From: an uncultured virus (IMG/VR IMGVR_UViG_3300019776_000649)
Taxonomy: Duplodnaviria > Heunggongvirae > Uroviricota > Caudoviricetes
Strand: one strand, 5' to 3'
DNA: 64,000 nucleotides
Virus record (IMG/VR): IMGVR_UViG_3300019776_000649
The position numbers were made by a program, and so were the translations under genes. The first letter of the stretch is position 1. Each line of letters starts with the position of its first letter. Below the pieces are notes generated by a model, which saw only the letters and a program-made list of their open reading frames with translations, had not been told where the DNA came from and made no database searches. Positions 49,324 to 59,995 of the stretch are shown in pieces.

Positions 49324-50080
49324 GGCGAGAACTTCACTAGAAGCAATCGAGATCGAGGGAGACATTCCCGTCGAAGAGACCGAGCAACACAAGCGCGATA
49401 CGTGGCTGGCTGACCTAGCTGGAAGGCTTCATGTGAGCGTTGCTGGTCGCAAGCCTATCGTTGACAACTCATGGCGAATCAAGGACTACGAGCGCCCTCC
49501 TCTTTGCGGAACTGAGTTAATTGTTGATGTGGCCGTTGGCACGGGATCGCCTTTCATGATCCGCATTTACCAGAGTATGGAAATAGCGGAAGAGAATGCG
49601 GTCGGGGCGAACCTGATCTACATCCAACCTAAGCAAAAGAGCATTCGGATGCAGGACCCACATCGCGAGATCACCGTTTACTGGGACAAACTGAAGCACA
49701 TCCCAAACCTGCCTCGACCCAAAGATCACTGGGGAGGTGCGCTGTTCCAAAGGACCTTCATAGACTACCCGCGAAGAGTTACCGGCTCTCATGCCAAGGC
49801 TTTCTTCAAAGGCGACTATCACTGGCTCCTATCCGCCATCTCTTCCCCGACGAACATTCAGGTGCTCAACACGATGATCGGCATGGCGGTCCCCGTTTGG
49901 GAGCGCCCTGACATCTACACCTACATCGAAGACATGGGTCTTGGCAACGAGCCCTTGTCGAAACTCCGTGATGTGGAGCTGGCCTACAGAGCTTCGCAAG
50001 ACGCACTCACTGCACTGACAAAACTATTCAGTCACAGCACTGTGACTGAGATCATGAGGGATTGGTATGAGCAAGATTGA
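49316..50080 (+). CDS. Hypothetical protein
   Basis: Overlap-coupled early operon ORF. Confidence 0.7.
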   Translation: MSKARTSLEAIEIEGDIPVEETEQHKRDTWLADLAGRLHVSVAGRKPIVDNSWRIKDYERPPLCGTELIVDVAVGTGSPFMIRIYQSMEIAEENAVGANLIYIQPKQKSIRMQDPHREITVYWDKLKHIPNLPRPKDHWGGALFQRTFIDYPRRVTGSHAKAFFKGDYHWLLSAISSPTNIQVLNTMIGMAVPVWERPDIYTYIEDMGLGNEPLSKLRDVELAYRASQDALTALTKLFSHSTVTEIMRDWYEQD

Positions 50081-50474
50081 GATCGTTCCTGGTTCCATCT
50101 CTCATGGAACTCTCAGGGACTGGGACCTGCTCAACGCCTTCTTCGGCGCTCTGAGCAACATCCAACAGCAGCTCCTGCTTGAGGCTCCCACCCGACATGC
50201 CAGCGTGCTGGCTGATGCTGCTGGCTACATTGATCTGGGAGAGGATCGCTTTGAGAGGATGGTCACAAACGGCGACATTGACGCCTACGAAATCCTAGAT
50301 CGCCTGTCCAGCGAGCTTGGCGAATACGCTCCTCCCAACCACTATTTTGGTTCTCACGTCGGCGATCACTCCGACTTTGGATGGTGGCCATGTGAGGATA
50401 CGGACTGCGAGGATGAGCAAGGCTACGACGACCTTGCCGAAGACTTCCTGAGGACAAAAGAGTATGGCCTATGA
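50067..50474 (+). CDS. Hypothetical phage protein
   Basis: Coupled ORF with SISHGT.R..DL and YFGSH.GD.SDFGWW motifs. Confidence 0.7.
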   Translation: MSKIEIVPGSISHGTLRDWDLLNAFFGALSNIQQQLLLEAPTRHASVLADAAGYIDLGEDRFERMVTNGDIDAYEILDRLSSELGEYAPPNHYFGSHVGDHSDFGWWPCEDTDCEDEQGYDDLAEDFLRTKEYGL

Positions 50475-50611
50475 TCCCCAAGCACTCCCGACCAGTTAAA
50501 GAGACGTTCCGCCAACGTCTCTTTTTCTTTTTCAAGCCCGAAGACACAAGAGCTAAGGGCATCCACAAGATGCGTAGGGTGCTGATCCAACGCAGGAGAT
50601 TTAAGAAATGA
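50471..50611 (+). CDS. 46-aa basic protein (below the ORF-track cutoff)
   Basis: ATGA overlaps on both sides. Confidence 0.55.
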   Translation: MIPKHSRPVKETFRQRLFFFFKPEDTRAKGIHKMRRVLIQRRRFKK

Positions 50612-50967
50612 GCAATCGAACAATCCGCACACATGAGTTCCCCCTGGTTTCTAAAGACCCCAAGAAGCCCCGGTTTCTGACCGTTCAAGTCTCCCACTAC
50701 GATGGTGCCTACCGGATGAGAATCGTACCGGTGGAGAAAGACGGCATCTGGGAGAAGACTGTCGCCTACTCTGGCATCCAAACCACCCTAGAGACTGGCC
50801 GCTTCAGCCAGAAGAAGCTGGAAGCATACGCCGAAAACGCTCTTCGCCATGAGAAGTTTCGTCCAATGCTGGATCGCGTTCTTAGTCCCGAGAACGTGCT
50901 GATCGAGCCGATACTGATGCCTGATCTGACCCAAATTTTCAATCCTCCCGTGGAGGTTGCGGCATGA
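50608..50967 (+). CDS. Hypothetical protein
   Basis: RBS AGGAG, ATGA coupling. Confidence 0.7.
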   Translation: MSNRTIRTHEFPLVSKDPKKPRFLTVQVSHYDGAYRMRIVPVEKDGIWEKTVAYSGIQTTLETGRFSQKKLEAYAENALRHEKFRPMLDRVLSPENVLIEPILMPDLTQIFNPPVEVAA

Positions 50968-51626
50968 GAGATGTCTACCCCGCTCGCCGCATCTTCGTGA
51001 GGCATGTAGATGGCTCCGTTGCTGGCTACCCAAGAATGAAGAGCGTCAAGGTCGAGGTGGATGCTCACATGAGCTACCTGTTTGGCAACAATTCTCCCTA
51101 CTTCGCCATATCCACCACGACCTACAACAACTTCGGTAGGGGCATGTCATACGGTTGCCAGCATGAGCTTGCAATCAAGGTATTCCCCAAAATCAAGCCC
51201 TTCGTAAAGTGGCACCTGACTGGACTCGATGGCCCATCTCACTACGTCGCAAACGCCGTTTTCTTCTGGAAACAGTGGCGGCATGAGACAAAGTACCTCG
51301 CTGATCGCTACGACCCGTATGAAGCCTTCCAGCACCTCACGCATTGGGGTCTCGATAGTACCGAGACAGACGGGCAGCTCAAGTACCTCTTCACGTCCCC
51401 CAACGTGACCGAGGCAGACATGAAAACCATCCTCAATCAGCGTTTCCACTTGATGATGGACTTCTTCCACCGGGACATGGAAAAGCTGTTCGGCACCAAG
51501 ATCTGGATCAATGACGTGATTTCTCTGGATGCTGAGTGGCGAGAAGTCAAGCGCAAGAAAGAGCTTCGCGGCTCCAACCACGATTACTTTCGCGGCGACC
51601 GTGAGATCGCGAGGAGCAAGCGATGA
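50964..51626 (+). CDS. Hypothetical protein
   Basis: ATGA coupling; GCQHE...KWHL motif. Confidence 0.7.
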   Translation: MRDVYPARRIFVRHVDGSVAGYPRMKSVKVEVDAHMSYLFGNNSPYFAISTTTYNNFGRGMSYGCQHELAIKVFPKIKPFVKWHLTGLDGPSHYVANAVFFWKQWRHETKYLADRYDPYEAFQHLTHWGLDSTETDGQLKYLFTSPNVTEADMKTILNQRFHLMMDFFHRDMEKLFGTKIWINDVISLDAEWREVKRKKELRGSNHDYFRGDREIARSKR

Positions 51627-52057
51627 AAGTGCGATTATCTTACACAACCGTAAATACCGACACGCATAACGCCTCGTTCGGTTGGACTGATTACCATACC
51701 GGTGAGTCCCGCTGGAGAGTCAAACCTGGACACAGTACCAAAACGCTGAGTGCTGAGGTTGTTGCGAATCGCAAAAAGCGCCGCGTCACCTTCACCGTCC
51801 CTCTTCGGGAGCTGGTCAACAAGATTAGCGATTATGGCTTCATTGACTCGATTAGCCTTCGTGACAACACAGCCATTCTTTACATGACCCGCGAGATCGT
51901 TAGACAGGACGCGCTTCAAGTCCCGTATAGCACGACATTCGCTTGGCACATTGATGCCCCATCTGCCACGTCGCTTCGCCGAGCCCTGTGTATTCTGATC
52001 GACAAAAGCTCCCCTGCGAATCACTGGGCCAATCACCTCAAGAGAGAACTAGCATGA
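51623..52057 (+). CDS. Hypothetical protein
   Basis: ATGA coupling. Confidence 0.65.
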   Translation: MKVRLSYTTVNTDTHNASFGWTDYHTGESRWRVKPGHSTKTLSAEVVANRKKRRVTFTVPLRELVNKISDYGFIDSISLRDNTAILYMTREIVRQDALQVPYSTTFAWHIDAPSATSLRRALCILIDKSSPANHWANHLKRELA

Positions 52058-52926
52058 ACCACGCAGGCACAATACTTATGGATGACCGTGAGAGGAACAA
52101 CCCCTATGCTCTCGCGGTTGCGATCTGGAACTGGAACAACACACGCAAAACACCCACTAGCAACGGCTCCATGTACGTGGGCCACAAGGAGTATTTCCCA
52201 ACACTCTGCGACGTGTTCACGGTGATCGGAGCTGAAGCATCTCAAATTGACCCGGTTTACGATTTGCTCCTTCGGCAGATTCGGGATGACGCTGAGATTC
52301 GCAAAATGTCCTACTACGGAGACGTGACCATCTACGCTCACCGCGCCATTCTGGAAGCCAGAGCAAAGCCTCGAATCCCTCTGCTGATAATCCCTACGAA
52401 AAGTGGTTGTGAGACGGCAATGGGTGGCAGCCCACTATCCGTGGAGAATGCTCTCCGGGTGGCGAGAATGGGTCAGCCTGAAGGTGAACGCTTCTACGGA
52501 ATCCTCATGTTCGATGGAGGCTTCCTTGCCGATCCTACTCAGAGCCGCATCATCGAGGAGTTTGAGCGCAGCGAGAACTTCGCAAGCAACGAACGAGAAC
52601 AGAGTCTTCATGGCGTCTCAATGAGCATCCCAACACTGGAGCAGTTCCTGAGCGGTATCCCCTACTCCGTGCGAACTGCCATTGATAGCAAAGGAACGAC
52701 GGTTCGACATACCGTTGAGCAATGCTTCGCAAAGATGTCCAGCGACATCCTCCACGCCATAGCCCGTGGCGCTACCCATGCTGTCATTAGCAAGTTCCAA
52801 CCCGGTCGAGATGAGTTTATCTGCGACTGGTCATACAGCAATGGACACACAGGCTCTCGCTTCGCTGGTGGCGTATTGGTCCGCCGCATTGATGGCGAGA
52901 AGTGGGAAGTGAGTATGCACAGCTAG
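52054..52926 (+). CDS. Hypothetical protein
   Basis: ATGA coupling. Confidence 0.65.
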   Translation: MNHAGTILMDDRERNNPYALAVAIWNWNNTRKTPTSNGSMYVGHKEYFPTLCDVFTVIGAEASQIDPVYDLLLRQIRDDAEIRKMSYYGDVTIYAHRAILEARAKPRIPLLIIPTKSGCETAMGGSPLSVENALRVARMGQPEGERFYGILMFDGGFLADPTQSRIIEEFERSENFASNEREQSLHGVSMSIPTLEQFLSGIPYSVRTAIDSKGTTVRHTVEQCFAKMSSDILHAIARGATHAVISKFQPGRDEFICDWSYSNGHTGSRFAGGVLVRRIDGEKWEVSMHS

Positions 52927-52936
52927 GGGGCTAACA

Positions 52937-53236
52937 ATGACAGACACTGAGACAATCAGCGCCATCGTCAAATATGGCCTTGCGGTCAGGGAGATACCGC
53001 TAGAGCTTTTTGGAGTACACGAAGTTCGCCACTACCAGGAAGGCGACGAGCTGATTGAGAGATACGGCAGGACGATGGTCCGTCGCCGAAGAGTACCGAA
53101 AAACGCAGGCCATTGGATGTGCCAACAAGTGCAGAATACCAATGAGCACACTAGCTGGAAAGGATTGCCAAATCTTGCACCAACGCTCCATGAAAGCATC
53201 GGAAAATTCCTATCACAGCAACATCTCACTCAATAA
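52937..53236 (+). CDS. Hypothetical protein
   Basis: RBS-led ORF ending before a 53-bp element. Confidence 0.6.
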   Translation: MTDTETISAIVKYGLAVREIPLELFGVHEVRHYQEGDELIERYGRTMVRRRRVPKNAGHWMCQQVQNTNEHTSWKGLPNLAPTLHESIGKFLSQQHLTQ

Positions 53237-53274
53237 ATATTGCATTTTCATTTAATCGCTTCTGACCCTTATCC

Positions 53275-53308
53275 AGCCGCCCAACTAAATCAAATGGGGC
53301 GGTTTTTT
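53275..53308 (+). terminator. Intrinsic terminator overlapping a 53-bp element
   Basis: GCCGCCC/GGGCGGT plus TTTTT. Confidence 0.55.
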
Positions 53309-53331
53309 CATGCCTAAAGAAAGGTAAGCCC

Positions 53332-54465
53332 ATGTCGTTTAGCAATTCCGAAGTGATCCGCCGCTTCAAAATCAACAAGCCCAATCGCAACCACGGGGGC
53401 AAGTCAACGTGGAAAGGATCGACCGTATTTTCCGAAGATCGCACCCTTTACTCCTGGGGAAGGCACTTTGTCCTGGCCTATCGCTTCAAGGACAATTCCG
53501 CCTTGTTTCTCATGAATGCAGACAAGTACAGCTCCAGCACGAATGGCCATCAGGCCGATGTGCAACGCGCTCTTGCTGGTCCAACGCTTTCCTTCAGCGC
53601 CCTGAATGCCGCTGGAGTTTGGCCAGATGACATCAAGGCAGCAGACGTTCTGGAGTACAGCTCCGGTAAGACGAACTGGCTGCTGCGTGATCCTGACGGA
53701 GTGCTTTACGAGTACACCCACAACAAGGAAAACGTAATCGGGAATCGCTTCAAGGCCCCCTCCGTGGGTGAGTTCCGCGAGTCCAAGTTCACCCACACGG
53801 AGAAGGTAGTGGCAATGGAAGAATCTGGGTGGAAGCAGGGCTTCTGGCACACTGCCGACACGGTTCTTTTGAAAGCACATCGCCGACGCTCCATGATGCA
53901 CCCAGATGGGGAGATGGTCTACCTCCTGAGCGGTGTTGATGAAGGCTCCTACTTCCTTTCGGAGCTGGGTGGTCCTGCAAACACACTTGATGAGGCGTAC
54001 CGCCAACTCAAGCCACAACAAGTTCATGATGCAGATTCCGATGGTCGCAACGTCCAGCGGCAAGGCGAGTGGTACTTCGTTCCAACTCCCCTTACCCGAG
54101 AAGACATTCGCGAAAAGATGGGGCGGTACGCCGCTATGCTGACAGGCTCCGAGAAGAAGCCAAAGCTGGCCACAGTGGAAGCCTTCAAGAAGGCCGTTAG
54201 GCCGCGAGCCATGTGCCATCCCATCCGGGACGCTGAAGGCGCTCCGATGGCTATGCGATCCCGCAACGTCCACCAAGCAACCAGAACCATCCTCTTCCCC
54301 GACGAACCAAACGGAATGCTGGTGAGCGGCAAGGTCTACCATCGCCGAGCGGTCAACGGTGAGCTTACCCGTGAACACGCCACAGTCGATCTTGGTGATG
54401 TCTGGCACCGAGTTTATGTGAACACGGAGAAGAACTCCTGGGGAAGCACCGGAAGGGTTGACTGA
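53332..54465 (+). CDS. Hypothetical phage protein
   Basis: 377 aa with RQGEWYFVP and His motifs. Confidence 0.75.
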   Translation: MSFSNSEVIRRFKINKPNRNHGGKSTWKGSTVFSEDRTLYSWGRHFVLAYRFKDNSALFLMNADKYSSSTNGHQADVQRALAGPTLSFSALNAAGVWPDDIKAADVLEYSSGKTNWLLRDPDGVLYEYTHNKENVIGNRFKAPSVGEFRESKFTHTEKVVAMEESGWKQGFWHTADTVLLKAHRRRSMMHPDGEMVYLLSGVDEGSYFLSELGGPANTLDEAYRQLKPQQVHDADSDGRNVQRQGEWYFVPTPLTREDIREKMGRYAAMLTGSEKKPKLATVEAFKKAVRPRAMCHPIRDAEGAPMAMRSRNVHQATRTILFPDEPNGMLVSGKVYHRRAVNGELTREHATVDLGDVWHRVYVNTEKNSWGSTGRVD

Positions 54466-54781
54466 GATGCAAGCCTCTTACGGAAATCTGCTCAAGGTAA
54501 ATGCACCTGAGTTCTTCAGGCGTGATGACTTTGCGATATGGCTCAACAACGCTTCAGTCTCGATCCCAGACCCGGCCTTACCGTCTCGCGTTGCTACATG
54601 GCACTACCCTGGGCCGATCAACGAGTATTCCGATGTGTTTGTTACCTATGACAATGGTGAAGGTAGCAATTCAGATATGCCTGAAGACATCTGGCAGTCT
54701 CTGTGCCGCCTGTGCGAGTCCTACGGTGTTTCGGATTGCGTGATATGGATAACCAATCTGGGAGGTCAACTGAGCAAATAA
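54458..54781 (+). CDS. Hypothetical protein
   Basis: Coupled ORF. Confidence 0.6.
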   Translation: MTEMQASYGNLLKVNAPEFFRRDDFAIWLNNASVSIPDPALPSRVATWHYPGPINEYSDVFVTYDNGEGSNSDMPEDIWQSLCRLCESYGVSDCVIWITNLGGQLSK

Positions 54782-55149
54782 TGGCTGGACACTACCACTA
54801 CAAAGACAACTCAAGGTATGGCGGTCTTCGTCCTGAAGAGACGATCCCCATGTTTGAGGTAGCTGAAGAGCAACCGCGCCTTGGTGTCAGAGTAATCATG
54901 AGCGGCGATGACTTCAAGGCCAGGATTCAACACGCAGTTATCGTCGAGTCCTAGGACAAAAAGAATTACGGTAGAGGCAAGAGAGCCTATCTCAAAGAGT
55001 TCAACGAGAAGGAGCGCAAAAGCCTATCCCGTTGGCACACGATCTTCTACGGCTGGCACTTTCGGACAGGTGCTCCCATTCGCATTGCTGTAGACCTCAA
55101 GACACTATCTCTTTTGCATCGAGCGTGCAACTTCTTTGCGACTATCTAG
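54781..55149 (+). pseudogene. Gene interrupted by an in-frame TAG (54952-54954)
   Basis: The same frame continues 64 sense codons without a start and ends right at the next RBS. Confidence 0.6.
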
Positions 55150-55157
55150 GAGAAAAT

Positions 55158-55382
55158 ATGAATGCCCCACAACTGAATAAAAGTCAGAAAAACAACTTCG
55201 AGTTTCTGACAAAAGCCCCTAACGTAGCCCTCGTATCTGGATTCTACAACAACCAGCCGAGGGCTTTACTTTGCGCCGTTACTCAGGAAGGTCAGGAGTT
55301 TCAAATCACTCCACTTGCCATGCTTCTTGAGGGCGCTGACCTCTCTCTGCTGAAAGACGCAGATGGTGTCGCCTTGCCATGA
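55158..55382 (+). CDS. Small hypothetical protein
   Basis: RBS AGGAG. Confidence 0.65.
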   Translation: MNAPQLNKSQKNNFEFLTKAPNVALVSGFYNNQPRALLCAVTQEGQEFQITPLAMLLEGADLSLLKDADGVALP

Positions 55383-55672
55383 GGAAAGGCACAAAGCTAC
55401 CGGACCCTTTCGTGTTCCTCGGGAAGGGGTATGTCTGGGCTGAGACAGGATCGCCTCCAGTGAACGCATTCCGAATCGTCCCTGATCGAAACGGAATCGT
55501 CCAGATGCAAGGCATTGACTCCAGCGGGTTCCCCTTAAAGCGTTCCGGTATCGGCATACGAATTAGCGAAATGGACAGGCTGTGCCTGACCTGGCTACAG
55601 CGCAGAGGCTTCCTGTGCCACGACCGCACCTTGAAGGAGGTGCTAGATGAAATAGGAGTAGAGCAACTATGA
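55379..55672 (+). CDS. Hypothetical protein
   Basis: ATGA coupling. Confidence 0.65.
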   Translation: MRKGTKLPDPFVFLGKGYVWAETGSPPVNAFRIVPDRNGIVQMQGIDSSGFPLKRSGIGIRISEMDRLCLTWLQRRGFLCHDRTLKEVLDEIGVEQL

Positions 55673-56277
55673 CGGCATCAAATGAGAGGGCAAGCACACT
55701 TGAGATCGACGATGAAGCCCCACTTCGCCACGGTCTCAAACTGGGAGGAGACTTGCCCAACTTCAAGATGGATGATGAGCGAGTCAAGAAGGCTTTGGGC
55801 CTGATCGCCACTGCAAGGGAGCTGGTTATGGTTCGATCAGTGGAGATGGCGACCATGATCGTTGAGGGAGGGGAGATGGACGTAGATATTCGTCCCTTTT
55901 ACTACGCTCCAGACGACCACCTGCTAACGGACGTTAGTGAGAGCATCATCTACGTTGCTTCTGTGGCTGGTGGTCGCCCCTCCCTCTTCCGTAAGTTCGA
56001 TGGAACTAACACTGCCACCTTCCCTGAGGGCAGTAAGCTGGTCGTCCCCACCAATAACGTCAACGGATACACGGTAGATGCCGCCATGCCAGAGTGGTGC
56101 ATCGCCGAGTTCCTTCACCACATCTCACTGGGACTCTTCCAGTACGCCGAGATCGCTGTCGCTCAAAAAGCACAGAAGCGAATCAATGCCTTCGCCAAGT
56201 CCTGGGCTCCCGCAATGGAAGCATTGCGAGGCTGGGATGAGGGTCGGCCAAAGAAAACAGCGCCTAATGCCCGTTAA
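55669..56277 (+). CDS. Hypothetical protein
   Basis: ATGA coupling, RBS AGGAG. Confidence 0.7.
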   Translation: MTASNERASTLEIDDEAPLRHGLKLGGDLPNFKMDDERVKKALGLIATARELVMVRSVEMATMIVEGGEMDVDIRPFYYAPDDHLLTDVSESIIYVASVAGGRPSLFRKFDGTNTATFPEGSKLVVPTNNVNGYTVDAAMPEWCIAEFLHHISLGLFQYAEIAVAQKAQKRINAFAKSWAPAMEALRGWDEGRPKKTAPNAR

Positions 56278-56462
56278 ACACTAGGGCAACACCCGCTGAT
56301 TTGATTTAGTCGCTCGGTTGCCCAAGGCACACCAGCGATTAAACCAAATGGTGCCTCGCAGTCACACAATCCGAAGGCACCTCGCAATTCCAGCGAACAT
56401 GAGTTGTGTGAAATCCAATCTCAGGGACCGCTATCCCTGATCCCCACAGGAGCAATTGAACT

Positions 56463-58199
56463 ATGTCTAAAGAGACGCAAGAAACGGAAGAGATTATCGA
56501 GACAGCCCCCAAGAAAAAGCGCACGGCAAAGCCGGTGCCTGTCTCAACGACTGTGACCAACGATCCCCGCGTTGTCGAGCTGGTTGCCGGTGGCATGACT
56601 GAGGAGGAGGCAATCTCCTTGATTGAGGCCGAGGACGCGGCAAACGCCATTAGCCCCTCTCCTTCCCCGGTGAACACGGACGAGATCAAGCAGGAGCTTG
56701 GAGACCTCCTTGATATGGCCGTGCAGTTCGCAAAGGAGACCGAGGAGCATATCGCCGAGCTAACAAAGGATGGCCCCATTCAGATCACTCTGAATGATCC
56801 GCCCAAGAAGGAGAAGGGTAAGCGCACCGTCAAGCCAACTGAACAGGATACCGAAGAGCAGAACGACGCTCGCAATGCGGCCTTCGGCGGCGATCCCAAC
56901 TACGTGGTGCCGAGCTTCGGCAAGGCAGACCAAGAGCGTGGTTTCACCAATGCCCTCGGTCTTGAGTCCACTGAGACCCACCGTCACGTTGCTAAGGTCT
57001 GGCAAGAGCAGTGCTTCACGCTTCCCGAGATTCGTGACAGCATCGGTCGTGCTTCGGAGAGCAAGAAGGACGAGCACATCCTTCTTTCTTCTCTCCGTAT
57101 GAAGCAGGATGATAAGGGATACGTTGCGCTTTCCAACGACTCCCCGTTCACGGGCTTTGGGCTCAACTCTGCATGGCGACATGCGGGTTTGCCTGACGGT
57201 GTTCTGAAGTTCCTTGCTCACCCCGACCACGGTGGGAAGTACAACGGACATATCGTCACTCTGTACAACGACGCGATCAAGGGCGTCGAGAAAGGCGATC
57301 AGAAGGACGCGCTGGTTCGCTTCCGCAATATCCCTAACGTTGATGGCGGCAGCACACTGGCTGTCCGTGCTATTCGCTCCCGTGGATTCACAATCATCGA
57401 CAACGACGCTGTGATGGCGCTAGTGATGAACGCGATCCCGAAAGAGGCTCACAAGCACACCTTGGCCAGCCATGTTGTTCACGACGGCGACAACATCGTC
57501 ATGAATATCCTTCCACCGGACTATGTAAAACGGCGCGAGGATTCGGAGTACGGTGTCGGTATCGCCGTGAAGAACTCTGAGGTTGGCGAGTCTCCACTGA
57601 CCGTTGAGCCTTTCCTCTTCAGAGCGATCTGCTACAACGGTATGATCTGGGGTCGCCGCGATGCTACCGAGGCCAACGTCACCCAGCGCCACTCCGGGAT
57701 GGTCAACTGGACCGAGCTTCAGGAGAAGATCAACCGGGCGGTGCTTGCCGCTCTCACCGAAGGGCAATCTCTGCTGACGCAAATGGACCTTGCCAAGCAG
57801 GTTCAGGTTCATGATCCAGAGAAGCTGGTGGTCTACTTGTCTGAGACAAATGGGCTCAACCGCACTGTCGGTCGTGCTTGGTGGAACGGCTACCAGGAGA
57901 CGCTTCAGAATGAGGGTACCAAGGCCGAGGTTGAGGGCAACTTCTTCGGTCTGGTGCAAGGGCTGACTCTGGCAGCACAGGGCTTCACCGGATTTACCCG
58001 CAATGGCATCGAGCGTACTGCCGGTCAGATTCTGGCTGAGGAGCTGACGGATGGTATTGAGCGTATGCGGGATCGTGTGGCCCGTGCTGAGCAGTTTGCT
58101 GATCGTAGAACTGGCGCTCAGGTTGACCACTATCTGTACGGTCGTGTCGAGATCGGCCAGGACGCACCCGTCCTGACGATGGAAGCAATAACCGGATAG
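56463..58199 (+). CDS. DUF932/DUF945-like phage protein with long acidic N-terminal extension
   Basis: RAIRS..F..IDN, GI.V.NSEVG...L.V...LFR.IC.NGM and H.G motifs. Confidence 0.7.
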   Translation: MSKETQETEEIIETAPKKKRTAKPVPVSTTVTNDPRVVELVAGGMTEEEAISLIEAEDAANAISPSPSPVNTDEIKQELGDLLDMAVQFAKETEEHIAELTKDGPIQITLNDPPKKEKGKRTVKPTEQDTEEQNDARNAAFGGDPNYVVPSFGKADQERGFTNALGLESTETHRHVAKVWQEQCFTLPEIRDSIGRASESKKDEHILLSSLRMKQDDKGYVALSNDSPFTGFGLNSAWRHAGLPDGVLKFLAHPDHGGKYNGHIVTLYNDAIKGVEKGDQKDALVRFRNIPNVDGGSTLAVRAIRSRGFTIIDNDAVMALVMNAIPKEAHKHTLASHVVHDGDNIVMNILPPDYVKRREDSEYGVGIAVKNSEVGESPLTVEPFLFRAICYNGMIWGRRDATEANVTQRHSGMVNWTELQEKINRAVLAALTEGQSLLTQMDLAKQVQVHDPEKLVVYLSETNGLNRTVGRAWWNGYQETLQNEGTKAEVEGNFFGLVQGLTLAAQGFTGFTRNGIERTAGQILAEELTDGIERMRDRVARAEQFADRRTGAQVDHYLYGRVEIGQDAPVLTMEAITG

Positions 58200-58325
58200 G
58201 ACCACGGATAAGAGAGGAGCCAGCACAAGGCGAAGCTACCAAGCTACGCAAGGAGCTGGCTCCTCTTTCTTTCGCGGAGCTACCACGAAGGTTGGTACCT
58301 TCGCTCAATCTCCGGCGAGGTTAAC

Positions 58326-58535
58326 ATGCTCAAATGCACTTCCGATAAGCACTCTTTTGGTGTCGCTCCGAGCGGTTTTGAAGTTGATCTAAAGACGGTT
58401 GGCCGATCAAAAAAGACCAAGTGGAAAGAGATTGAGACCGGCAAGGTCTACTGCAAAAATTGCTACGCCACCAAGGAAGAAATCCTATCATCTCTGAATC
58501 CTGAGCCAGATGAAAATGATGAAGACGAGGAGTAA
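58326..58535 (+). CDS. Small Cys-containing protein
   Basis: C..H / C..C pattern, RBS GAGG. Confidence 0.55.
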   Translation: MLKCTSDKHSFGVAPSGFEVDLKTVGRSKKTKWKEIETGKVYCKNCYATKEEILSSLNPEPDENDEDEE

Positions 58536-58589
58536 AGGAAGCCTTCGCAGTGGGCTTTCATTCCCACAGCCGAAGGCTTCAAAGACAAT

Positions 58590-58859
58590 ATGGAAAACAC
58601 AACAACACTCACTCTTCAGGAGGTTGACCAACTACTGCGAGAAGGCGTCCCAGTCAAGGAGATCGCACATAAGGTTGGGGAATCTCCCACTCGATTCTAC
58701 AAGTGGCTGGAGGAGCAGCACGGAGCCAGGGTCAATACTCTGCGATTCGTGGTGAAGATCGAAGATGGCTCCACAATAGGCGTCAATCCTGACGACATTG
58801 ATAAGGCCGCTCGCCTAGTCCCATACCATCCCAGACGACGAACAGCCGACCAGGGTTAG
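58590..58859 (+). CDS. HTH DNA-binding protein
   Basis: LLREGVPVKEIAHKVGESPTRFYKWL. Confidence 0.7.
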   Translation: MENTTTLTLQEVDQLLREGVPVKEIAHKVGESPTRFYKWLEEQHGARVNTLRFVVKIEDGSTIGVNPDDIDKAARLVPYHPRRRTADQG

Positions 58860-58879
58860 CATAACCCCCTGGAGGGAAC

Positions 58880-59995
58880 ATGGAAAATCCCACAGGGGCC
58901 ACCGACCTCTCATCACTGCACGATGGGTATAAGTGCTTACTGTATTTCGATACGCTGAGCCAGCCCTATCGTAGACTCCGCGATGCAGATACTCTCCGAT
59001 TCTGCTTAAGATGCGTCCTTCCAAAATGGCGCGATCCAGAGCGTGAAAAGCGAGACTATCATGTCGAATACTTCCCGATAGACAGCAATGGCGTTTACGA
59101 GATGGCTCGCTACGTCAAAGCCTACCGGGACGACTACGACATCTTCAACTCCATTCTCCCTGTGTCCTTTCCTTTGTCAAAGAGGGGCATCTACCCCTCA
59201 AATGACGACTTCAGGTACTACGGCCTTCTTGCGACTGAGATCGACGGTGAAGGCTTCCAGGGCACTCCTGATGGCAAAACTGGAGTTCAAGCAGCCATTG
59301 AACATTTCATGGTGGCTCACAGGGAAAAAGGGGTTCCGAAGCCACACATGGCAGTACAGTCTCGCAGGGGTTATCACCTCTATATGATGCTGGATAAGCC
59401 ATACCAGATGGCATCTCAGGAGCAGGGTGCGATCTACACAAGAACCCTCCGTCGCCTCTGTCTTTGGATCAGCGGAGAGCCTGACGGAGTATGGATGGGA
59501 GAGCCTGCCTTTAGTGGCCCTCATGCTGACTCAGGACCGACCTACAGAGCCGCCACTCTAAGGCCAGTTGGCTCCTACAACCACAAGGTCAAAGACAATC
59601 CCGTGATGATGAAGCTGATTCACCACAACCTGTCTTTGGAGCGTCACAGCCGGATTAAGTGGACGACAGAGATGCTTCCGCCCTTGGTTGATCCTCCTCC
59701 TATGCCAATTCATGTAGCTCAGGATGGTGGAGTCCCAGAGCGTAAACCCTACCAACGGTGGCGCATGAGAAAAGAGACAGAAGAGTTTCTCATCAATGGT
59801 CATGTTGGCCCAGGGTTCCACGAACGGATCAAGAGAGCCACCTCAGATATGCAGTGGGCTGGCTACACCCAGCAAGAGACACTGGAAAGACTTGAGCAAG
59901 TCTGCAAAACAGAGACTCAGCTCAAGGAGATCCGGTCTTTTGTCCTCAAAGGCGCAAGAGCCTATTGGAATTGGAACACTACAGAGCAGGACTAA
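58880..59995 (+). CDS. AEP/RepB-type primase-like protein
   Basis: EID, S.RGYHLY and LRPVGSYNHK motifs. Confidence 0.7.
   Translation: MENPTGATDLSSLHDGYKCLLYFDTLSQPYRRLRDADTLRFCLRCVLPKWRDPEREKRDYHVEYFPIDSNGVYEMARYVKAYRDDYDIFNSILPVSFPLSKRGIYPSNDDFRYYGLLATEIDGEGFQGTPDGKTGVQAAIEHFMVAHREKGVPKPHMAVQSRRGYHLYMMLDKPYQMASQEQGAIYTRTLRRLCLWISGEPDGVWMGEPAFSGPHADSGPTYRAATLRPVGSYNHKVKDNPVMMKLIHHNLSLERHSRIKWTTEMLPPLVDPPPMPIHVAQDGGVPERKPYQRWRMRKETEEFLINGHVGPGFHERIKRATSDMQWAGYTQQETLERLEQVCKTETQLKEIRSFVLKGARAYWNWNTTEQD

Noticed and set aside
54952..54954. Genome-wide TAG recoding
   Set aside because: Capsid, tail tube, terminase and 46115-46846 end in TAG followed by hairpins or the next gene, and coding density is normal under code 11.
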